DNA of 64,000 nucleotides from a virus: IMG/VR virus record IMGVR_UViG_3300045988_096839; one strand, 5' to 3'. Shown piece by piece: positions 14,101 to 27,202 of this stretch (position 1 is its first letter; each line of letters starts with the position of its first letter). The notes under the pieces were generated by a model. It saw only the letters and a program-made list of their open reading frames with translations, ran no database searches and was not told where the DNA came from. The position numbers and the translations under genes were made by a program.

Positions 14101-17100
14101 AGTAAGAATCCGTTATATGATGCTAACAATTTATCTTTTTCTTTTCTATCAAGTTTTGATAGCATTTTATCTACTTCTGTAGCATCTATATCCAATCCAA
14201 AGAATTCAAGAGCTTTAGCTACGTTTTGACCATTTAATACTGCAATTCTAGCTTTCTTACTTACGTTTTCAATATAGAATTTCTAGCGATCTTTTTCATT
14301 CAACTAATCAAGTTGAACTTCTATTCCAGATATTACATCTATTATAGATTGTTTCCACTTATTTTTAGCTGTTTGATTACGCTTATTCTGATTTGAATCT
14401 TCAATACTAGCTTCAATACCACCTTTGTCGTTAATACGATAATTCATAAATATGAAATTATTAACGTATTTAACAACATTACCAAACAGTCTTGCTTTTA
14501 ATTGTTCTGTTGTTTCAGGATCTTCCAATATATCAACAACTTGTTTTATAGTCTAAGGTTGACCGTCACGTTTTTGTTGTCTAGCTACTTTCTTAAGGAT
14601 GGAAATCATATCATCCACATCCTTAGCTTGTTGACAAGCATGACACAACTCATGCCATAATTGATATACGTTTGTATACTTTTGTAAACCTTCTGGAGTA
14701 AGTTGAGTATCATCAGTAATAGTATAAAGGAATAATCTTATATCTGCATCCAATGATTTATATTGGTTACGCATATATGCTGCAACAATAGAATCATCAT
14801 TCTGAATGGTTTTAGTCATACCGCTTTCATCTTTTGGATTCTTTTCGTTTTCTTTCAACCATTCTTCATAATCTGAGAAATCCAAATCGTTAGCATCATC
14901 AATAACGTCTAATGAGAAATTCATACGAACGGCTCTCTTCATATATTTTTCCCAACTCTTCCAATTAGTAACAATTCCTTTTGTTACTTTTTGATAATTG
15001 AGTGCTGCCACTAAAACAGATTTATCTTTTTCACCAGATTTTAATACAGCTTTAACCATATCTTCTGCTGTTTTAGCTTCATCTTCCCAGTATTTTTTAA
15101 CTTGTTTATAATCAATATTAGTAATACCTGCTTCATTGGTAGTTATTCCTGATGATCTGATTATAGAAGCTAATATATTTCTATAAATATCGTTAAACTG
15201 TTGTTGTGTTGTAGCAATTTCAACACCGTCATATTTATAACCACTAAATAATGGGTCATAACCAAATACTAAGTCAAAATATTCTTTATTTTCTTGGCTT
15301 ACTTCAGTATATGCATATTTTCCTTGATATATATCATTAAATATAGAATTTAATGAATTTATACCATTACGTTTAGTTCTACTATATAATCTATTTATCA
15401 ACTTATTCAATGATTGATAAATTCTATTAAAGAACTTATAAAAAGAATTATCTTGATTTTGTCTTAGTACAAATTTAGCAAATTCATCTGCAAGATATTC
15501 TTGTTTTTCTCTTTCAGATTTATTTCTAAATGAAGGATTGCTATCGATCAACGCTTCATACATAGCTTGTCGTTGATTTTTAGGCATCAACAGTATTGAT
15601 ACTCTATGGAATGCTTCATGATAAGCAACACCTCTCTTTATTTTGTTCTTCTTAGCATCTCTAAACAATCTGATACCATTTGATGTACAAACACCGTATA
15701 CATATACCATAGCGTGTTTAGCAGCGTCAAATCTAAACGGTAACGAATTATCAATACTAAAATCAAAATCTTCACCCAATATTTTTTTAGCAGTGTTTAT
15801 TGCTTTATCGGCATCTTCCATTCTAACGAAGTTTTTAAAGAATGAAACTACTGCTTTTTCTAGTTTGGATTCAGAATCTTTTTTCTTATTATCATAATTC
15901 TTTAATACTGCACCAATCTTATCAGAATTCTAGAATAATTCCGCAACTTTTTCAAAATTATTAGGATATCTATCAGTTATTAAACCGGTATATGTTTCTT
16001 TTAGTTGATTAATTCTCTTTGAAACATCATCTGTAGAATCATAATTAGGTGTAGATAATATTAATATTTGAATAGTATCTTCTGTTATATCCTCTAATAA
16101 TTTATCTATTTGTTTGTCATCTAATTTTTCTGATTTTTTATCTGTTTTAGTTTCAGTTTTAACTTCACCTTTTTTATCAACGACATTACCAGTTAAATCA
16201 AACAACGGTGATGCTTGTTTTTTATCCTAAACATCTGGTGTAATACCCAAACCAGGACCATTAGTATCAGGATTAGAACTTGCTGTAAGATTAGGATTTG
16301 TCAAATCTACAACATAATCTTCTTCATCGCTACTGTTATTCATCCAATCTTCATAAGTATCGTCAACGAAAGAATCAGATAAATTTAATTTATCTTTATT
16401 ATCGTCATAATACTTTTGAATTTGGTCAAATGTTTTTTGAGGATCGGTTTGATCTTTAGGTATAATCAAAGGTTGTAATTTATTTTTATTTTTTGATTCA
16501 ACTTTTTTATCTGCTTTCTAAGTAGTAGCTTTTTGTTTAGCTGGATTAGCAGGCGTTTCTTCTTCCTGATTGTATGATAATATTACTTTACTTTCACCGT
16601 CAGCTATTATCTCAATAGTAATAGGTTTATTGTTTATAGCCAACGTTGCTAATTTATTATCAAACTGCAATGGATTATAAACACTACCATTGTTATCAAA
16701 ATCAACTTCGTAATTCTTTCCATTAATCTTGATAAACAACGTATCAGGATCTGTATCTTGAACTATTTGTTTTATCTCTTCTTTATATTCGTTTATGATT
16801 TTTACGTTTTCGTCATCGGTAGATGCGCGTTTTGAAGTTTTCTTTATCTGAGTTTTCGCTTTTTCTGCGCTATCTTTTTTCTTTGTAGTAGTTTTAGTGT
16901 TTTCCTCAGTCATTCCTTCAAATACGTCATTGAACTCAAAATATACGTTAGGATTACCACCAAATATAGTAGAATCCTCTTTTGTACTCATATCAGTTTT
17001 AACAAATCCACTGTTTACTACTTGAGATATGTAATTATCTCCATCTACTTGTTCGTAAACAATATTTCCAGAATCATCCAATATAGTAAAAGAACCTTGT

Positions 17101-20100
17101 ACTAATCCGGAATCACTAGATAATTTATCCTTATCTATTCTATAATTCTTAGTAGTAGCAATCCAATTTGCAAATTCTTCTATATTATCAGTTGTTACTT
17201 CTGTACCTTTACCATCTAAAGTATTACCAAAATAAACATGACCATCTTTTATATATACAAGTCTGTCCAAATTGTGATTACTTGGATTTCGTTCAATTGC
17301 TTCTGTACCATAATACATGAAGTTTCTGATAAATTCACCAACAGATATCTGTTTGTCAACTTTCAAATTCTTATTCATTCCAGAATTAATCATCTGCTCT
17401 TCTGAAATAGAACCATCAGCAACTTTAACCATTAAATCAGCAATAATTCTGGCAATGTTTATATCTATCTTACCAGGGTTTAACTTAACTAAAAGTCTTT
17501 GTCTGTTAGGATTAAAGAATGATGGTAATAACAAGTATACAGATCCAGCTGTACCAGTAGCGCCTTTAACTGATTCCATTTTTCTAGAATGTGTATCAAA
17601 ACGCATAATAGTACCATTTGCTGTAGCATAAGCTAATACCAAAGGTTCAGAATCTTTTCCTTCGAAAGCATCTTCTATTAGATCTTCTATATCTTCTTCT
17701 TGATCAGCATATTTCTGATATAATTCACTTAATTGCTTTTCTTTTTGCTGTTCTATAAACCATTCTACAACTGCTTTACTTTGTCTTTTTACAGCAGGTT
17801 GATTTGGGAAAGATTTATTATAATCATTCAATACTGTCTAATAGTCAGTATCATAAGCAGACATTAATTGTGATATTTTATCAGATAATTTACCTCTACC
17901 ATTCAATATAGATAAAGCGTTATTAGCAGAATCTTCTACTTGTTTTTGTTCAACTGTTAATAAGTCTTCATCTTCAGTATCTTCATCCTGTTCTTTATTT
18001 CTAAGTTTATCTATATACGTACGGTATTTATTCTTAGAATAATAGAATTTTCCACTAGCTTCATCGTATATTAAGCCTAAAGCTTGTACTTCATCAATAT
18101 TTGAATTGATAACTTGTTTTCTACGATATGATATTAAACTGTTTCCTACAGGTACACTATCATTACTTGTAAGTACATGTATTATATTACTTGGATCAGT
18201 AAGTCTATTAAACTTACGATTGATGAAATAATCTTTTAATATTCTTTCAGTAGATTTATTAAAAGATAAACCTCTATTATTAAGATTGTCTATGAACTCA
18301 GATACGCTCTAATAGTTTTTAATATCGTCTTCAATTTGTTGACATATTTCAACTATTTCATCCCTTGTTCTATTATCTAATACTAATTGTTCACCATTGA
18401 GTTTAATAGGTAAACGTATTTTCCATCTATTTTGTAAAGCATCTTCTACTTGTGCTTCAGTATTCAAAGATTGCCCACCATCTTCACTATAATTCATGAA
18501 CAGATTTGGAGATTCTGACAGCATTTGTTCTACTATAGAATTAGCTAATTTTTGATTATTACCTGCTTTTTTGGTATCAGATGATAAACCAAATATAGGT
18601 TTGATATAACTTTTTATAAATGTTTCAGGTAATATTACAGAATCACCTAATTCTGATATACCACGTAATAGATAATTTATCGTACCGTATTCCTATTCAT
18701 TTACTGTTATGGTTTCTGGCAAATTATCAACATTATAACCATACTTTTTAACAATATCGATTATATTGTCGATATTTACATTTTGCTATACTTTTTCTGT
18801 CTATACGTGATTATCGTAGATATCATTTATCTGTTGTCTACTTACTAATTCATCATTCTCGTCATACAAAAGAGGATTATTTGGATTAGCTTCATCTCTA
18901 GTATTCTATAAGAAAGTGCGCATATAAATTCTTACAGAGCCTTCTTTAATGTTTAAAGTTGGCTGAGCATCACTATCATCCTTCTGTCTTTGAGCAAGAT
19001 TCATTATCATGTTCTCGCGAAGGTTGAATTCTAATTCAGATAATACATTTTCTCTATTACGTGATGTTTCATCAGGCATTACCAATCTTGTAGGAATCAA
19101 AGTACCGTTAACAGTACGTACTCTACCGTTAAATAATACGGTATTTATTGGTAAAGCTCTAACCATGTTCTAATATTGAGCCTTGGTTATAGTAGAATGC
19201 TTTCCAGACTTAATTTGATTGAACAAATTAAATATTTCTTCTTTTGTCTTACCTTTAGTAAGACGAAGAATCCTTTCATAAGTCTTATATGCAGCAGGTC
19301 TATCCCACTTTATTTTACTACCTTTTTCACTCTTCTTATTAGCAAAATCGTAGTCTTGTACTTCTTCCCATTTTTGAACAGTAACGTACCCTCTCCACTG
19401 ACTTGATTGATTATATGGGTCCATCAATCTATTTGCAGCAGTAACTCCACTCTTGGTACCAGTAAAAGCATATGCGTGGCACTTCAATCTTTTCTTATTT
19501 TCTTGTGCAGTTATTTCTGCTTTTTCAGCATATTCTGGAGTAAGGTCTTGTGTACCAGATGTAGAATCAGGTACTTCTTCTACCGTTCCTTCTTCAGTAG
19601 AATCTTCTCTTTTCTTGTTAGCAGATTCAATTGCAGCATCTACCGCCTTTTGAATGTTTTTTAATTTACCTTCAAAAGTTATTGTTTTTCCTTTATTATC
19701 TGTTCTTTGTAATTTACTCAGATAATCCTAATCTTGATTCAATCTGAATTCTACTATTTTAGAAGTCTAGGCATTCAATAAATCCTATTCAAGATTTTGA
19801 ATATGATTGTTTGTTGTTTGTAACTGATTTTGTAAATCTTTTATTTCATCTTCTTTTAAAGAATCATTTGCTAACTGTTTTACAATCTTCTTACGATCAT
19901 TTTTAAGATCTTTTATGTGTTTTCTGATATTATCGATATCCGATGTATCAGTAACATCCATTGCTTTAATTATGCCACCTTCGTCAATAGAAAATTCTGA
20001 AGATCTGGGTAAAAATTTATATTTTTTACCATCTGGAGCAGACCATTCTTGAGTATCGATAGGTAAAGTAAGAGTATTACGTTTTGCATTATATGCTCTA

Positions 20101-23100
20101 TCGCTAGCTCTTTTGTTAATTTCGTCAGCAATGTTTTTAGCTTGTGCAGCAATAGTTTTTAATTCGTTATATACTTTCTAATCTTCTTCTGTAAATGAGT
20201 CTTTAGGCATTTTTTCTAATTGTTTAGTAAATTTATCCAAAGATCTATTTACATAAGATACTTTACCTGCTGCGCTACTAATGGTATTTAAACCATTTGT
20301 TAATCTATTAACAAATTTTTGTAATTCTGTATCACTTACAGCATTATTTAAAGATTCAATGAGAGTATTTACAGAATCGTTTAATTGATTTTCAAGTTCT
20401 TCATCAGTTCTAGCTTTAAACTCCTGTGTTGTTTCAACAGTTTGACCATTAGAGTCACTATTAGCGTCATCTCTTTCTTGAGACTGTGTACGAACACGAT
20501 CTTTATACTTCTCAATTAAAGACTTAGTAGATTTGTCACCTTTTTCAAAAGGTTCATACAATTTAGTAAAATAATCCAAGTCGTTCAATTCAGCAATATA
20601 ATTATCTGATGCTGCATTAACATCTGAATCGCTAATTTGATTATTACTGAGTTCTGTTACTATATCTGATGTAGTTTGTTTAAATCTATTAATCGCACCT
20701 GTTTGCGATTCTATATTCTTTTGAGCTTGATTTATTTTACCTTCAAGATACGGAATCGATAACAATTGTCCTTTTGATCCAATTGCATAGCCTTCTTCTG
20801 ATTCTCTAGCTTGTTGAATAAGATTATTATATACTTCTAATTCAGAATTATACAATTCCAAAGTATCATTTAATTCATTCAGCTTACCGAATGCTTCCAA
20901 TTGTTCAGCAATTTGATCTTGTAGTATTCTTTTTTGCATGAGCAATTTAGCTTTTCTAGAAGACATTACACCTTGTAATTCTGCCATTGCCACAGAATTA
21001 TTTGCGTAAGACATATTCATCTTCTTAAGTAACTGAGCTCCATACGCTTGGTTAGATAATTGTTGCGATTGTCTTTCTATAGAATTAAGCTGTTGATTAA
21101 TCTTTGCTAATTGTGTAGTAAGTTTATGTATACCTTCTATTTGAGAATCTTCTAAAGCAATACCGTGTTTGGCAACAGCGTTTTGAATTACATTATACAT
21201 AACATCACTAAACAAAGATGATTCTTTAGATTTTTCATCAAATTGCCTATTAAATTCTTTTCTGGCTTCTTCTTTCTTATCATTCTGTTCGGTAATATTA
21301 GTTCTGATATTGTTAGCTATTGCTGCATATATATCGGAATCTCTTTCACTTAAACCTAAAGCTTTTGTTTTTTCAGATAGTTGAGCTCTGGTATCTAACA
21401 ATTGATCAATATTTTTACGTTCTTCATTTATATAATTATCAATTTGTTCTTCAGTTGTTTCACCTTTAGCATCTGATATTACCCCTAAATCGTATTTACC
21501 TGTTTTTAGTGCTTCAGAAATATTATCTAATACTTGACCATAGTTTTTACCATTTGCTTTTAAGTCACGCATTGTTTGCAATAAATCTACCGATCTATCA
21601 ACAAAATCTTGTTCTTCAAGAGCTCTCTAGAATATATCTCCAAATCTCTTATCATTCTTCATCTGCTTACGAACATCAGCAAGTAAGTCTTTACCAGACA
21701 TAACCAATGCTCTTGGATCCAAAGATGAAAGTATCGCACCCGACATATAGTTCTCTTGTAGTTGCGCATCATTAGAATAAACAGGATCGAATGGAGTAAA
21801 TACAGCAATAGTAGATCTTTGTCTATCTAACCAGTTGGATGACATATCATCAAACAACTGACCGTTAGTCAAAGCATTCCAAAAACTACCACTAGCACTC
21901 TAATCATCAAATTCTCCTTTTCCTGCTTTGTCAGCCATTATATACTGAGCACCTTCTTCAGTTGCTTCTTCATACATATTAGCTAATTGTGCAGCACCCC
22001 ATGATTTTAATGCTTTGTTTCTAGTTATTCTTGATAATTCTTTACCAGTAAGAGCAGCTCTGGCTACATCTGCGTTTGCTGCAGCTCTTCGGCTTAACAG
22101 TGATTTAATAGGATTTGTTGCTTTTTTACCTAAAGCAAAAGCGCCCTCCATAGGATTCAATGCGCCTCTGAACACTTGACTATTTCGGAAGAACGGTACA
22201 TAGAACAACATATCTGTTGCTACTTCACCGGCTCCTAAAGCCATATTACGTTCATATAATCTAGGTATACCTCTATATGCTCTACGTCGTGCATCTTCAA
22301 ACTGATTACTACCGGAATCAATAGTACCGTTTGCAGCCAATTCTAAAGCTTCTTCATCAGAAATATTAGAATTTTCTCCTCTACTAGCTAATTGTCTTTT
22401 AACGTTTTTTATTACTCGATCAGTATCAATTTTATCTTCTTCTAAGATTTTAGATAAATTTTGTTCATACTGTGAATAAGCTTCAATATCTGATTCTCCT
22501 TTTCTAGCTTGTATACCACCACCAGCTTGAGAAGCTGCAGAAGCTGTTAAACCAACTATTAAACCTCTAGCTAAACCGCGTAAACCACCAGCAACAGCAC
22601 CAGGTGTTCCAGCCATAGACGCACCTAATAACGCATCTGCTGCTACTGCCGTTATCGCACCAGAAGCCATAGACGACAATTGATAAGCCCAATCAGAATG
22701 AGAACCACCAAACAGTCCTGGTAATTTATATAAAAAGTTACCAAACGTTGTAGTAGATTCATTAGCTTTTTTAGTAAAATATTGGCTTATATCATAGTTA
22801 TCTAAAGATTCTTGTTGTTCTCTTTTATTTATTTCTCTAGACTGAATAGCATTGTTGTATTCTCTATCTGAATCAGTTTGAATATCAATTAATGATTGTA
22901 AATCAGGTAACTGTTTATTTGTCCAAACTCCATTTTGTCGTAGTGCATCTAATCTAGATTGAGCTAAATCTCTAGCTTGAGATCTATCAATACCGTAAGT
23001 ATTATAAAAATCTTCGTCAGAAATTGTTTCAGGATAAAGATAATGCATAACCAAAGCTGCATCGCTTTTATTCATTTCTGCACGGTTAATACGGTTATTA

Positions 23101-23342
23101 TCTCTGGTTATCTACGATTCTTGCATATCATTATAGTATTTATGCCAAAAATCGGATAACTACATTCCTTGTACGTTATCCGTTGGTGCTTCATTATAAT
23201 AATATGCAGCATCTGCCGATGACTATCTATTAAGATAAGCACCGGCATTCTATCTCATTGCTAAATTTTGCTGTATACGATCATTCAATAATTTTGAGTC
23301 TCCCTCTGAATAATCGCGTAATAAATCTTTTTTAGTATTCAT
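8199..23342 (-). CDS. 5,047-codon reading frame containing a crAss-type virion RNA polymerase (DFDID) module fused to a large N-terminal region; at least 32 in-frame TAG
   Basis: The frame (coordinate mod 3 = 0) is open from TAA at 23358-23360 down to TAA at 8199-8201. All 19 track ORFs from 8343..10070 to 21900..23075 are in this frame and end in cta. I walked most of the gaps, including 17832-18308, 18525-18905, 19488-20177 and 23076-23342, and found TAG only. The first ATG (23340-23342) is 10 nt after the upstream gene's TAA. Contents: GSDFDIDKMF, HEAFH, a Gly/Ala-rich hydrophobic segment (about 22512-22724) and a Q/E/L-rich coiled-coil-like stretch (20178-21581). Confidence 0.7.
10971..10985 (-). 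other. DFDID catalytic-type motif (DxDxD) of crAss-like virion RNA polymerase
   Basis: The reverse complement of 10971-10985 is GAC TTC GAT ATC GAT. Context is LTGSDFDIDKMFLSRPN. From memory, this matches the DxDxD metal-binding motif reported for the phi14:2 gp66-type RNAP. Confidence 0.6.
15606..15620 (-). other. HEAFH (HExxH) putative zinc-metalloprotease motif inside the giant ORF
   Basis: The reverse complement of 15606-15620 is CAT GAA GCA TTC CAT. Context is RGVAYHEAFHRVSILL. Confidence 0.5.
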
Positions 23343-23352
23343 ATTTTTTAAA

Positions 23353-25221
23353 TTACATTAAACCTGCTGTATTATGCGGTAAACCAACCATGTAAGAATC
23401 TCCACTATCTTGGTATCTTACTGAATTTTCTGATTTAGTTGTACCCATATATTTTTCAGCTTGCATGTTAATTAAATTTCTGGTATCATCTGTTACTGGT
23501 TCTACTACTAAAATAGTAGTTTCTACATTACCTTCATCATTATCTGTGGTGGTAGAATATCCTAATTCTTTTAACTAATCGTATTCTCTACCTGTAAACC
23601 AAGGAACCATTGAATCAGGTAATGCATCTATTGGATATTCAACAGTAACACTCCATGCTAACTCTTGACCGTTTGGAGTGTTTTGCATTGTTACTCCGTT
23701 TACACGTTTTGGTATAGCTCTAGATGGATTTTTAGTTATTGCTTTTTCCAAATCGAAATTTTTATCTTCAGAAAATGGAAAACTACTTGTTAAGAATAAA
23801 GGGTTGGTTGTATCCAAGCCCTAGCTCTTTATAAAATCTTTCATATAAGGATTACTAAGAACATATTGTCTAGGAGTTAACAATTTTCTACCGCTCAAAG
23901 TAGGATTGTTGGAACCGAATAATCTCTGCATATCTACATCAGAATAACCTTGTGTTGGAGTCATTATAGATTCTACAGCTTGATTATACATTTCTTTAAC
24001 GTATGGCGCATATTCAGATTGATTAGAAAATTTAATAGATTTCTTTTTACCTTTTGCTACACCAGCTTGTTTTCTTCCTGCTTCAGATAATCTCCATAGA
24101 ACGTCGTCCCCTACTTCTCCCTACTCGTTAATTAGATCACTATTGACAAAAGCTCGTTTCATTCCTTCGAACATTATGGCAGCTTGCATTGCCATGTTAT
24201 ATCCGCTACTATCATTTTTAGAAGCCATTTCAGCAGCTTTTCTAGTAAGAACATTTTGATTTGCTGGTTGTTTCTTTAAAGATATTTGTCCAGTTTTTTC
24301 ATCTGTATCAAAATTTTCAAGCATCTTTCCGGTAACCACCCTACCTGCATTTTGTACGGCATCCAATGAACCGTATGCTAATCTATCGAAACGATTAACA
24401 ATATTAGAGGGTGTTTCACTACTACCTTTACTACTTAATTTTTTTAATTCATAAGGATTAATAGTTTTATCTTCCCATGAAAATTCTCTAGCTCGATTGA
24501 TAGCCATGTTTGCAAATTCTTGCTCTGCTTGCTCTCTAGTAAGACCTGCTTTTTGTAATTGTCTAATGTGCTCTTGCGCTTGAGGAGTATTATAAATAGA
24601 TGACCAATTTTGCTGAACCATTTTATCAGTTGTATCAATAGATACGCCTCTTACATCCCAAATTCCTTCACTTCTTAAATAAGAAGGCTTTAAGTTATCA
24701 ACATATGGTTTTACTAAATCATTTATTGATGTGTATGGTATTGGATTAATATCAGAGAAAATCTTTCCACTACCTAATGTATCGTACTATGATACATCCA
24801 AATTATGCCAATTAGGATTAAACTAATTTGTTTTTATTAAATAAGCTACAGCCTCATCTCTTTTTTTATAAGCTTCAGCACTGGATATTAGCATATTTAA
24901 TTTGTCATATGGAATATTGTTGATTAACGCTGTTATTTTTCCACGACCTTCTTGAGTTTTTAGCATATCTGGATTGTTGACCATTTCATTAACTAACGGT
25001 TTAGCTACACCAGTAGTCAAGTCATACCAGTTTTGCATATCTTTCAAAGAGGCAGATTTAAAGCTATTCCATACTTTCATATTATCTGATAGAGTTTTCA
25101 TTGCTGTATCAACTCTATCATTGTACTCTTTACCTATTTTATATAACTATTCAAAAGGTATTGGTACATATTGACTTACGTACTAACTTTCTACCGGTTT
25201 ATCAAATCTATTTACTGCCAT
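23353..25221 (-). CDS. virion-module protein of unknown function, 622 aa, 7 in-frame TAG
   Basis: Track ORFs 23575..23817, 24121..24621 and 24823..25101 are in one frame (mod 3 = 1) and joined by TAG only; I walked 23356-23574, 23824-24120, 24622-24822 and 25102-25221. The ATG at 25219-25221 lies 1 nt after the upstream TGA. Stop is TAA at 23353-23355. Confidence 0.7.
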
Positions 25222-25222
25222 A

Positions 25223-27202
25223 TCATCTAAAATTTCTATATAATTTATTTACGGTATCTTGTGTAGAACCATAATTGAAAAACTCTTTCATATATTCCAA
25301 CATTGCTTGATCTCGATTATTCAAACGATTATCACGAGACATTGATTGCAAAGCTGTACCAAGTTGACTGAGATCAGTATTACGAATGGTTCGAGCAGCT
25401 GCTCTATTTTGAGCATCTTCTTCATATCCTCTATGGAATGCTTCAGTATTATATCTAGCCCTATCGTTATATATACCAATGTTTCTAGCTTTTCTTTCAT
25501 TTTCAATATTATTCTTCTGATTATATGCTTGAGCGATAGCTCTGTTTCTAGCAACTTGTGATTGTACGGCTTGTGCCAAATTAGCACTTCTACCAAACCC
25601 ACCTGCCTAATTAGCATTATATCTTGCAATAGCATTGGTCATATCTATTTCTCGTAATATTGGACTGATATCATAATCTACTGGAGCAAAATGTGGAGAA
25701 TAAGTAAATACTCTTGCTTTTTCAGGATCACTATTATAAATGTTAGCCATTGGTCCTATTAATGCAGCACCATTAGTTAATATATCAAATAATGATCCAT
25801 ACGATCTATCATTACCATTATTAGGATTAGTATTTCTCTTAGGAATATTTATTTTCCCAGGACCAGTATAAATATAATTATTTGTGAAATTATGGTCGCC
25901 TATTTTATTCTATACACTGTAACTCTATCCACTAATAGGTACTTCAATATTATGTAAAAATGAACTTCTAGAACGTACTGGAGCAACACTATTTGCTTCA
26001 TCCGTAAAAGGAGTAGAAGATATGTCAAAGTAATCATGTACTTGTCCATACAGACCATCCTGAACATTCTTAACTACAGCATCTTCAAATGACATACCGG
26101 TTTTTAAATTTCTCTGTATTTGTGGCAAATCGCTTAATGTTTTGTAAGCGTTATCGTAATTATCTTTGTTTTTTAAAAACGTACGTATGGATTCACCAGC
26201 TTGTTTATACGCATTCTTATCAGCACTTTTGTACCAAGAAGTTGTAGCGCGATTTCTGTCATGACGTATATTTGGATTATAATTGGGGTTAACTCTAATA
26301 AACAACTCATTAAGTTTATCTCTATCCTCAGCACTAGTAACAGGTTCTGGTAATCCAGGTGTACCTCCTGCATATTTACCAACTTTATTCTTTATTCCTC
26401 TTTTAGCTTTTACTTGTTCTTGTAAGGCAAGTAATTCATTATATTTTTTCTAATTATTACGATCATTTAGCATTTGTGTATTCTGCGCATAAATATCGTT
26501 TCCTTTTTTCTTACCTGTTTTCATATACTTTTTACCAGCTTGTGCAAAAGTTTCATTAGTTCCTGGAACTTTTAATTTATCACTTAATACCTAAGTTCCA
26601 ACAGGAACATTAACTAAATTACTATCTGTAGGTTTTCCTTGTTCAGGAATTTGACTTATTTCTCCATCTGGGGTTCTCATTAATTCACCATCATCCAAGT
26701 AAGCTAAAGTAGTTGGTAATATACCTCCGTAAGCAGCTAAAGAATAATCATTATCACCATATTCATTAGCCCATTCTTCTTGAGCAGCTGCAGTAGCGTT
26801 AGCATCAGCAATACCTTGATTCACCCTTCTCCATTGAGCTCTAACTCTATTTCTACTACGTCTGCCTTTAATACCTTTACCTTCGATATATTCACCAGTA
26901 TCAGTATTGACAGAATCAGATGTACCAACCATAGCGCCTATACCTTTTGTTAACATACCTGCAGCTTTACCAACTACGCTACCAATTGGACCAAAGGCAC
27001 TACCTACTGTTTCTAATCCAGTAGCAATACCACCAGTAATAGCATCTGTTTTAGCATTTCCACTAGAAGGTATTAACCCGTTTCCTAAATCTAATCCTGC
27101 ACCTACTGCATTTCCTAATTTATTTAATTGACCAGTAGCTTTATCAATTAATCCTCCTAAAAAGTATGAATTTATATCTTTATTTTTTCTTATTCTTTTC
27201 AT
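25223..27202 (-). CDS. virion-module protein with Gly-rich N-terminal region, 659 aa, 5 in-frame TAG
   Basis: Track ORFs 25223..25579, 25925..26305 and 26591..27202 are in one frame (mod 3 = 2). The gaps I walked contain TAG only. The ATG at 27200-27202 overlaps the upstream TGA (ATGA). Stop is TGA at 25223-25225. The N-terminus is rich in G-x-x-x-G/A repeats (GAGLDLGNGLIP...GGIATGLETVGSAFGPIGSVVGKAAG). Confidence 0.7.
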
